A DNA stretch of 32,000 bases, taken from the NCBI RefSeq assembly GCF_900232105.1, contig NZ_LT934425.1, positions 1,650,001 to 1,682,000 of the forward strand, in the 5' to 3' direction. A program made the translations under genes and the position numbers. Source of the stretch: Candidatus Kuenenia stuttgartensis (GTDB lineage Bacteria; Planctomycetota; Brocadiia; Brocadiales; Brocadiaceae). Positions within the stretch are counted from its first letter, which is position 1, and each line of letters starts with the position of its first letter. A model generated the notes under the pieces. The model was not told the origin of the DNA, searched no databases, and worked only from the letters and a program-made list of their open reading frames with translations. Shown piece after piece: positions 21,397 through 30,034 of the stretch.

Positions 21397-21515
21397 GCCA
21401 GAACCAAACAAGCATGAGATAAAAAATACTAAGCACTAAGCACGAAATGCGAAAGATGCACTTTTAGAATTCAAATCATTTTGTCATTAGAATTTGTTTC
21501 GGATTTCACAATTAC
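21397..21515. repeat. MITE-like repeat, copy A (core 21441-21507)
   Basis: Copy A shares its left flank GCCAGRACCAAACAAG..TGAGATAAAAAATAC and right end TTTCGGATT.CACAATTA with copy B at 25992-26119. The 65-70-nt core is the reverse complement of the copy B core. Confidence 0.65.
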
Positions 21516-22389
21516 CGGATCGGCAGAGGTATGCTTCAAAAGAGGCCACTGCAATGATTCGCGCAGCCGGATGTACCCTTCCGCGCAGCCTCTTGCCAGA
21601 TTTCTTACCCTTTTAAATAACCCGTTCTTTGCGTAACGCCAATTGCCCCCGCCGCGTCCAGCAAATTGAAAGTGTGAGAACACTTCATACATAGTCATAC
21701 GCAGGCAACGGAAGGTCCTCTTTTAATAACCTCTGGATTCAATTCGTAGAATTCAAAGAGTTTAAAAAGCATTGACGTGTCCGCAACTTTGAAGTTGTAA
21801 GTGGAGAATTGCTCTTCATCCTGCTTATGGATATCGCCATAGGTATATCCTTCCACCCATTCCAGGTCAAACACAGATTCCTTTTCCTGAATAAACATTG
21901 CAATACGTTCGAGTCCGTAGGTAAGTTCAAGGGTAATCGGTTCAAGTTCAAATCCGCCTACCTGTTGAAAATAGGTAAATTGTGTAATTTCCATGCCGTC
22001 CAGCCATATCTCCCATCCGAGACCTGTCGCACCCAGGGAAGGAGACTCCCAATCGTCCTCAACAAATCGCACTCATGTTTTACGAGGTCTATCCCCAGTG
22101 CCCGCAAACTGTTTAAATATATCCCCTGGCAATCGTCGGGGGCGGGTTTTACAATTACCTGAAATTGGTAGTAGTGTTGTAATCTGTTTGGGTTCTCTCC
22201 ATATCTGCCGTCTGTCGGGCGCGGGAAGGTTCGACATAGGCGCATTTCCATGGTTCGCCGACCTAGTACCTTAAGGAACGTTGCGGGATTAAAGGTTCCC
22301 GCCCCTTTTCCGTATATATGGCTGCCAAAGATACACCCATAATCAGCCCAGTATTTTTGTAACGTTAAAATAATCTCTTGAAATGTCAT
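21471..22389 (-). pseudogene. glyQ: glycyl-tRNA synthetase alpha subunit, split over at least 3 frames (as sequenced)
   Basis: The start [19 protein letters not shown] is at 22389. Other GlyQ blocks, in different frames, are [35 protein letters not shown] and RVRNLARGCAEGY. The as-sequenced 3' ORF runs into repeat A, so the end is approximate. Confidence 0.85.
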
Positions 22390-22728
22390 TGCGTTCACGC
22401 ATATTTTTAAGTGATGAAAATTATTGAAACTTCTCCCTGCTAAAACAGTTTTCGGAGTCTATCACCACACGTTTTCTTGTCAAGAAATTACCCTATCACC
22501 GAATTTTACAGTAATCCAAAACTCCTGAAGTACTTTTTTTGTCAAAAAATATTTAATTGAATGGTAACACCTTCATGAGGATGTAAAGCGGTGGTAGATG
22601 ATATTTCAACATCAAATTCATAGCGCAGCAAAGCCGTAACCGAAAATGAAGAGGCCGTGCGTCTCTACTTTAACCACAAAGAAAAACTTACAAAAAAAAG
22701 AAGTTTTTACTGGGGAATACTATACGCA

Positions 22729-22830
22729 GGGACGAAGCATTGCAATAAACAGTTGTGCTCGTTCCTCTCTTGATATCTAAGCCACTAAATCATGCAGTGC
22801 GACGAGGTTCGTCGCACTACAAATGGCAAT
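22729..22830. repeat. cluster of short hairpin repeats related to the GGGGCGAAGCA family
   Basis: GGGACGAAGCATTGC...GTGCTCGTTCC lies at about 22729-22765. The perfect palindrome GTGCGACGA-GGT-TCGTCGCAC lies at 22797-22817 and is followed by TACAAATGGCAATTT. Compare ...CCCCTACA and TTATGGCAATTTA in the element at 23829-23901. Confidence 0.5.
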
Positions 22831-22838
22831 TTCCGGTT

Positions 22839-23416
22839 TCAAAAGACTAAAATGTTACAATATTTCAGTCTACTATCTTCCTCTTTTTTCTGCGTGATCA
22901 TATAAACCATAAAGAACCGCATCAAGTCCCTTGTTATCCTGTTTCCATCCTGGTCATCGTAAAGAATGTTTTTTATGCGATACGCCGCGTCGACGGTTTT
23001 AGTGCAAAAACAATCAACCCTTGCACTTCTTCTTTGTTCCAGTCTGTAATTTGAGAGCGGTCCTGTGCTGCAGATATAATCGTCAATCGACAGGGTAAAT
23101 CCATTATGGTAATTGCCTTGAAATGTGCCGGGTCTACTTTTATTGTCTTGTCAGTCTTGTTAATAAGCCAAACCCTTACGATTGCGGCGTGTTTTCCGGT
23201 ATTCTATAAAAATCATCAGAACCAAGCAACTTCTTTCCCATAGTCAACAGAGGTTGAAATGTCTTTGATCACTATACCCAGCGTATCCCCGGTCTTATAT
23301 GTTTTTGCCTTTTCCAGTTTAGCAGTTTGCCCAATTGCGGGTCTAATTGCAATAATAGGTATCGTAAGGTAAACGAGAGCAACAAATAAAATGAAAAATA
23401 TCACATTAACTTTCAC
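22839..23416 (-). pseudogene. DUF4352-like exported/membrane-anchored protein, frameshifted (as sequenced)
   Basis: GTG 23416, with AGGGGA upstream, gives (M)KVNVIFFILFVALVYLTIPII (TM) ...YKTGDTLGIVIKDIS. Own translation of other frames gives LLGSDDFYRIPE, then NTGKHAAIVRVWLINKTDKTIKVDPAHFKAIT...EEVQGLIVFALK, then IKNILYDDQDGNRITRDL. This is the DUF4352 pattern of an N-terminal anchor plus a beta-sandwich (GK..v.V.v.v.N.....v....F). Confidence 0.4.
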
Positions 23417-23828
23417 AAAATCTCCCCTATTAATATTTTTTTCGCGAATTTTCCCCAATATCAAGATGCTTGAGGGATAACAGAAACATCAAAAATTAAC
23501 TTAGCGTTGCCTTAAGAAATGAGTCCATTGCTTATATTTGTAACTTTTTTCCCTTAGAGCACAATTTACTTTTTACAACAGGAATATCCCACAAGATCAA
23601 CAATCAATTCGGTATATGAGAAAAAAGGGGACAAGCCAGTGTTCGGCTGTAATGTTTACGCTTAATAGTTACAAATTGCAAAGAGATAATTTTCAAGGTA
23701 CTAAGCAATTTTGAGTTTTCCACCACATATTTTCATTGTCGGGAAATTACCATATCATTAAATCGTCAATAAGTTACGGTTTGCTTGACAATCTGAACAG
23801 CATGTGTTAGCTTTTATTACTATCAAAA

Positions 23829-23901
23829 GTAGGGGCGAAGCATTTGCCCGTTTAGGTATGAACTTATTTATGGCAATTTACAGCAAATGCTTCGCCCCTA
23901 C
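23829..23901. repeat. hairpin (MITE-like) repeat with perfect 19-bp arms
   Basis: GTAGGGGCGAAGCATTTGC (23829-23847) is the exact reverse complement of GCAAATGCTTCGCCCCTAC (23883-23901). The loop is 35 nt. Related partial copies lie at 15363-15409 and 22729-22830. Confidence 0.75.
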
Positions 23902-23999
23902 AACGTGCGGCAAACATCGCTATTATTTGATTTTTTCAAAAAACAACATTATTACGCATAAATAATTAGTCAGATAGTTTATTCTTATAGGAGAGGTAT

Positions 24000-25883
24000 A
24001 TGGCAGAAGAGTCGAAAAAGAGAAGGCTTTGAATTTCAGGCGGAAATAAAAAAATTACTTAACATACTTTCACATCTTTTATACACGCACAAAGAAATAT
24101 TCCTGCGGGAACTCATTTCCAATGCGTCAGACGCACTTACGAAGCAGCGCTTTCATTCGCTTACCAATGAAGATTACGAAGGAAAAGAGCTGCCACTCGA
24201 AATCAATATTGAGATGACGAACAAAACAAAACCCTTACCATAATCGATACCGGCATGGAATGACGAAGGATGAAGTGGTAAAGAACGTGGGAACCATTGC
24301 AAAATCAGGGTCACTGGAATTTATTACCAATTTATCCGAGGAGGCAAAAAAAGATTCAAACGTAATCGGACAGTTTGGAGTGGGTTTCTACTCTGTTTTT
24401 ATGGTTGCCGATGAAGTACGGATCAGAACAAAGTCCTATAAAAAGGGAGAACCTGCTTATGAATGGAGATCTGACGGTACCGGGAAATATTCTGCATCAG
24501 ATGAAAAGGAAAGGCGCGGTACGGAAATAATCGTCCATTTAAAGGAGGAAGAAAAAGAGTACACTGACAAACAAGGATTTCCTCCATCTCAGAATATTCA
24601 AACTTTGTAAGTTTTCCGATATGGTCTGCGGCGAAAAGGCAAATCAGGTCACCGCCCTGTGGAAAGAGCCAAAAAAAGATGTTACCGCGGAACAATACGA
24701 GGAGTTTTACAAATTCATTGCGAACGTTGAAGAAGCGCCTCTTTTCCATTTGCAACCTCCGCGAGGCGCCTATTCAGTTTACAGTATACTATATTGCCCG
24801 AAGGTAAATTATGAATCTGTTATTTTAAAAAAACTGGAACACGGCATTCAACTGTTTGCAATAAAATCCTCATACAGGCAGACTGCAAGGCGCTTTTGCC
24901 GGAATACATGAGATTTATTCGGCGGTAGTGGACTCTTCCGATATTCCATTGAATATTTCGAGGGAAACATTTCAGGACAACCGGGTTATCCAGAAGATGA
25001 AGAACATACTTATCAAACAGGTTCTGGGTCTTTTGCAGGATATCGCAAAAAACATAAGGAAAAGTATGAAATCTTCTGGAAGCAATTCGGAAGAATATTA
25101 AAGGAAGGGGTGCACTTTGATTTTGAGAACAGGGAAACAATTGCGCAATTAATGCGGTTTAATTCTTCGCAGTGCAAAGATGCCGGTGAGCTTGTTTCGC
25201 TGGGAGAATACACGGAAAGAATGAAACCCGAACAAAAAGAAATAACTATATTACCGCCGTAAGCCGGGACACTATCGAGAAAAGCCCTCATCTGGAAATA
25301 TTCCGGAAGAAAGGCGTCGAGGTGTTGTACTTAACCGACCCCAACGATGAATTCTCCTTTCAGGCCTCGGAGAATTCGAAAAAAGACCCATCCGTTCAGC
25401 AGATCAGGCAAATTTAGACGTATTGAAAGATGCCGAAAGGGAATTGTCGATACGTCTTCAGAACCGCAAAACTATGACGCGATATTTAACCATCTTTAAA
25501 GACCAGAAGGTCTGCCTGGCAGACAATGTAACAGACGTCACGGAATCACACCGGTTGAGCGAAAGCCCATGTTGTCTGGTAAGTCCTGATACTTCGCCAA
25601 GCGTTCACGTCCAGAAACTCATCCACATGATGGACAAAAATTATCAAATGCCAAAAAAGATTATGGAAATTAACAGAAAAAACAAGATATTCAAAACCTG
25701 GCAAGGATGAACGAAATACCGGACAATCAGCAGATCGTCGGTAAAATAATCACACAGTTATACGAAAACGCGCTGATGCAGGACGGCGTAGTCTTTGACC
25801 ACAGCGATGTACCACGGGTAAATGAACTCCTTGAAGAATTAACCAATGCAAAACTGGGAGAAGGGAAGAAGATTATTATTTAA
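24000..25883 (+). pseudogene. htpG: molecular chaperone HtpG (Hsp90), split over many frames (as sequenced)
   Basis: ATG 24000 follows GGAGAGG. Recognisable blocks include [67 protein letters not shown], a middle domain and the C-terminus ...QLYENALMQDGVVFDH. The stop TAA is at 25881-25883. There are at least 6 frame changes. Confidence 0.9.
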
Positions 25884-25991
25884 ACAAGCTTTGCAGTATA
25901 CGCGTATAGGAATTGTATGGTAGAGACAACACCCTGCCAAATGCAGAGGGAATGAGGTAGTACCGCACTACCGACTACCTAACATGACTTA

Positions 25992-26119
25992 GCCAGGACC
26001 AAACAAGTCTGAGATAAAAAATACGATGCACGAAATCTGAAACAAATTCTAATGACAAAATGATTTGAAATTCTAAACAAGTGCATCTTTTGTATTTCGT
26101 GTTTCGGATTCCACAATTA
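25992..26119. repeat. MITE-like repeat, copy B (core 26029-26101)
   Basis: Copy B has the same flanks as copy A. Its core CACGAAATCTGAAACAAATTCTAATGACAAAATGATTTGAAATTCTAAACAAGTGCATCTTTTGTATTTCGTG matches the reverse complement of the copy A core, apart from a few substitutions and 1-2-nt indels. Confidence 0.65.
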
Positions 26120-26127
26120 AAGGTACC

Positions 26128-26172
26128 ATACCCAATCAGACTGAAGCCAGCGGTTTCAGTTTGATTGGGTAT
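26128..26172. other. long hairpin immediately downstream of the recombinase gene
   Basis: ATACCCAATCAGACTGAA-(8 nt)-TTTCAGTTTGATTGGGTAT forms a stem of about 17 bp with one G-T pair. It lies 12 nt after the reconstructed xerC-like stop. No U-tract follows on the minus strand, so it is not a canonical terminator. Confidence 0.45.
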
Positions 26173-26183
26173 ATACATTATAT

Positions 26184-27075
26184 TTATGCCCTTGGATGGT
26201 TTTATCATACACCTGTTTCAGGCGCTCCGTGGTTACATGGTGTAAATTTGTGTTGTAGAGAGGCTGCTGTGCCCTAAAAATTCCTGTACCGCCCGCAAGT
26301 CTGCGCCGTTATCCAGCAGATGGGTGGCAAAGCTGTGCCGGAAAGTGTGCGAGAAACGCGAAGATGCATGGCGGCTTTTTTCATGTACTTTTCGATCATT
26401 CTTGCAACACTACGTTCTGTAAGACGTCCGTGAAATTTATTTAAAAACAACGCCTCGTATCCGCCTTTCTTTTCTCCAATACAATTGTATTGCATTTAAA
26501 GCGTGATTTCCAACCGGGAGTATGCGTTCTTTACTTCCCTTGCCACGCACCTTTACTATCCCGCTGTGAAAATCTATGTCCGCAATATTAATTCCCACGA
26601 GTTCGCTAACCCGCATACCTGTGCTGTAAAAGGTTTCCATGATTGCTTTATCACGCAAGCCTGATAAATTGCAAGTGTCTGGCTGATTCAGGAGTATCTC
26701 TGTGTCGTTAACACTCATAAAACCGGGAAGTTTTTTATCTGTCTTCGGAGTCTTAATCTGTTCGACCGGATTATATTCTAAAATTCCGTGTTGACATAAA
26801 AATTTGTACAGAGAACGTATGGAGGCCAGTTTTCTTGCTACAGTAGTTTTGGAAGGATTCTTTTTTTTTAAAAAGCAAAGATACTTCCGTAATTGCAGGC
26901 GGGGAACACCGGCAAGGTCTGTACACCCCTCGCCTTTAAGAAATGAAAGATATTGGCCAAGATCGTTTCGGTAAGCCCGCAGTGTTTGCGGCGAATAGTT
27001 CCTGTCATTCTCAATATAGGCAAGATATCTGTCGATAAATCTTTGTATGTTATCGTTTGATGGCAACATTTTCAT
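26184..27075 (-). pseudogene. xerC: XerC/XerD-type tyrosine recombinase, frameshifted (as sequenced)
   Basis: The N-terminal 212 aa are intact (SAM-like domain ...YSPQTLRAYRNDLGQYLSFL, then LRDKAIMETFYSTGMRVSELVGI, RGKGSKERILPV). The C-terminal catalytic blocks [38 protein letters not shown] appear only after shifting frame (own translation). I cannot separate XerC from XerD. Confidence 0.85.
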
Positions 27076-27288
27076 TTCCGTTAAAAAAAATTGTTCGAGA
27101 TAGCGGCGATGTTAGCAAAGTCAGAATTGAATAACAAGGGCAAAAGGACGCCGTATTATGTCTGTGAATTGCCTTGACAAAAATTTCCAACCCCCCTAGA
27201 ATTGCTTTTCCGGTGAAATATCGTGTTGTCACCCGTATTCTGCAATAGCTGCAAAAAATATACTCATGAGGTTCAAAGATAATTATCA

Positions 27289-28711
27289 TGAAGTTGGATA
27301 CATGCGTTACTGGCAAAGTTACTGCCTTTGAGGTGAAGGAGGCATGCGCTCCTCTGGAAGCGTTTTGCCGGTTTTTAAAAAACCCAAATGTTTTCTTCCT
27401 GACAGCGCATTGCCAACGGTGAGATTTCAAGGTATTCCTTCCTTGGTTTTAGCCCGTTTTAACAATAAAAACGAAACACCAAAAATACTTATAAAAGACA
27501 AAGATGGAAGTCAGGAGTGCGAGGGAAGTCCATTTGAATATCTTCGAAAAATATTGAACCGGTATTCTTTGGGAAATATCAGTAATTCCCTGCCTTTTCA
27601 GGGTGGGGCTGTAGGATATTTTGGGTATGACCTCTGTCATTACATAGAGAAATTGCCCAAAACTCTGTGGGTGACCTTGAATTGCCTGATATATATATGG
27701 GGTTTTACGATATTATTATCTCCTATGATAATCTTCTTGAAAAGTTCTTTGTGGTAGTAATTGACTTTGGCATGGATAATACATTGAATGACAGGATAGG
27801 GCAGATAACGGAAGTATTGTGCGGAAAATCTGAAGAGCCTGGAGAAGTGTTAATGACCGGATACGACAGGGTTGTTGCTACGGAATTAAGGTCTAACTTT
27901 ACGAAAGACTCCTATATGAAAGCCCTCCGGCAAATAAAAAAGTATATTTCGGCGGGAGATGTGTATCAGGTAAACTTATCACAAAGGATTGAGGCGCGTT
28001 AAGACATGCCTGCGTATGAATTATTACAAAAGATTGCGCAAAATCAACCTGCTCCGTTTGCATGTTATCTTGGCTTTGATGACGTTCTATAATCAGCTCT
28101 TCTCCGAAAGATTTCTTCGTGTTTGTAATCGTCAGGTACAAACACGCCCGATAAAAGGCACACGGCCAAGAGGTAAGAACGCATTGGAAGATGAAGAGAT
28201 GAAACAGGCCTTGCTGTCCAGCCAAAAAGACAATGCGGAGCTACCATGATAACAACCTTGAACGTAATGATCTCGGACGGGTCTGCAATTATGGTCTATT
28301 AAGGTCATAGAAGAAAAAGCGTTGGAAAACATATCCTACTGTTCATCATCTGGTATCAACGGTAATAGGAGAATTGCACGAGAGATACGACAATAATAGA
28401 CCTGCTCAGGGCGACTTTTCCCGGGGATCTATTACCGGAGCCCCTAAGATCCGCGCCATGCAAATTATTGATGAACTTGAACCATACCAGAGAAGTGTAT
28501 ATACAGGCTCTATAGGGTATATTGGGTTTATGGAAATTTAGACCTGAATATTGCAATACGTACCTTTATTATGAAAGGAGAAACAGTGTATTTCCAGGTT
28601 GGCAGCGGCATTGTTGCAGACTCTGACGCAGAAGATGAATATGAAGAAACATTGCACAAGGCCAAAGCCTTGATTGAATCACTTAACCCATGCCTGACGC
28701 TATCTTCTTAA
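27289..28711 (+). pseudogene. pabB: aminodeoxychorismate synthase component I, frameshifted (as sequenced)
   Basis: Recognisable blocks are MKLDTCVTGKVTAFEV...NVFFL(D)SALPT, FQGGAVGYFGYDL, ISAGDVYQVNLSQR and TRPIKGTRPRG (the PIKGT lysine is PabB-type; TrpE has PIAGT). GAPKIRAMQIIDELE and FQVGSGIVADSDAEDEYEET are also present. There are at least 5 frame changes and the end is approximate. Confidence 0.8.
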
Positions 28712-29520
28712 ACGATACAATAGTTGATGCGACGAAAGGTGTTCTCAGCACCTTTGACCGGGGTTTCTTTACGGTGATGGCCTCTTCGAGACCATTCGGG
28801 CGTATAATAAAAACCCCTTTAAACTGGAAGAGCACATAGCCCGCCTTTCAGATTCGGCGCAATTTCTTTGCATACCTTTCCGATACACCTGCGATCAAAT
28901 AAGGCATATTATCGGTCAGCTTCTTGCAAAAAATCATTTATCCGACAGTATATACGCTTAACACTCTCCCGCGGTTATAATGCCAATGGATTTATCCCCG
29001 TGCGCGAGACCAACCCTACTTTTGTAATTCATACAAAACACTTGGTCCCTTATCCGGCACTATGTATAAAACAGGGTTAAAAACTCATTGTTTCACAGAC
29101 ACGAAAAAATGCCAGTTGTCCTATTTCAAGGCATAAAACACTCAATTATTTAACACATTATCTCATCAGGAAAGAGGCATGGAAGCGGGGGCGCATGACG
29201 CACTGATTTTAACCACAGAAGGCAACGTGGCGGATGTTCCGTCAGCAATGTTTTTGTGTGGAAAGACCAGCGCAGTCTTTACCCTCAACTAATGCAAATA
29301 TTTTGCCGGGCATTACCAGGCGGGTTGTTATTGATTTATGCAAGGAAACCGGCATTCAGTGACAGAAAAACTCTTTGATCTCCATGAAATAGCCACGGCA
29401 GATGAAGTCTTTATTACAAACTCTCTTATGGAGATCATGCCTGTTTCATCAATAAACGGAAATGTCTTCGGAGATGCTCTTCCCGGGGAAATTACCGGAA
29501 TACTCTCGGCGAAAATATAA
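28690..29520 (+). pseudogene. pabC: class IV aminotransferase-fold protein, probably aminodeoxychorismate lyase, frameshifted (as sequenced)
   Basis: The start ATG overlaps the pabB end. Recognisable blocks are MPDAIFLNDTIVDATKGVLSTFDRGFF.GDGLFETIRAYN, NILPGITRRVVIDLCKETGI and LFDLHEIATADEVFITNSLMEIMPVSSING. There are several frame changes; the last lies near 29358. Confidence 0.7.
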
Positions 29521-29736
29521 ATGCTGACTAGCTGAAGACAGCCACGGCAAAACCCCATTTTAGTACTTAATTATTTTATCAATTGCAGTTACGACAATTT
29601 GTTGCGGTTGTCTTTTGTTATTTCTTCCTGTCTATTGAGTTGATTGCATAAAATGTCGGTTTAACCGCCACAATAAATTGATTTCTTTGAAATCTTAAAA
29701 AAAATCGTAAGTCCCTGTTAAAAAAAAGCTTATTTT

Positions 29737-29783
29737 TTTCAATATATTGTATAACACCGAAAACACAATACAATGTATTGTGT
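29737..29783. promoter_or_regulatory. tandem NrdR-box-like palindromes
   Basis: Box 1, TTTCAATATATTGTAT (29737-29752), matches 12/16 of the consensus acaCwAtATaTwGtgt with a perfect CAATATATTG core. Box 2, ATACAATGTATTGTGT (29768-29783), matches 14/16. Box 2 lies inside a perfect 15+1+15 palindrome, CGAAAACACAATACA-A-TGTATTGTGTTTTCG (29758-29788). Centre-to-centre spacing is 31 bp. Confidence 0.5.
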
Positions 29784-29789
29784 TTTCGC

Positions 29790-29818
29790 TTGACAATGCC
29801 TTTTTTTTTGGTACAAAT
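29790..29818 (+). promoter_or_regulatory. sigma70-like promoter for the 30035 gene
   Basis: TTGACA (29790-29795) is followed by a 16/17-nt spacer and TACAAAT (29812-29818). It lies immediately downstream of NrdR-like box 2. Confidence 0.4.
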
Positions 29819-30034
29819 ATCCTTCTATCTGTCTGTGTACTGCACGCAGAAAGATTCAGTATGCTATTGAAGAGGGTTTTATCGTATTTTTATTTCAGGA
29901 ATCTTCAAATGAGAGGAGGTGTAGCGGGCAAAATAAGAAATTTGTTATTTTGGGGGAGGGGGAATAAGTGAGTTTAAATGTATGGTATGATTGGAAAACG
30001 ACAATTCTGGCTATGAACAAAGAAAGAGGGATAA

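Noticed and set aside
21193-21417. 74-aa ORF (TTG start) between the dnaE end and repeat A, and the overlapping 95-aa minus-strand ORF 21042-21329
   Set aside because: I recognise no family. The plus-strand ORF may simply be the out-of-frame tail of the broken dnaE region, and its end lies in the repeat flank. It cannot be supported as a gene.
21397-26172. Possibility that the dispersed repeats form a CRISPR array
   Set aside because: The repeats are few, dissimilar in length, kilobases apart and not regularly spaced. No cas genes are present.
27050-27430. 126-aa minus-strand ORF
   Set aside because: It overlaps the xerC-like start, the intergenic region and the pabB 5' end in antisense. 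It has no start context and an implausible product.
29747-29971. 74-aa plus-strand ORF upstream of the glycyl-radical gene
   Set aside because: It spans the NrdR-like boxes and the putative promoter, and it has a TTG start with no Shine-Dalgarno sequence. This is most likely non-coding leader.
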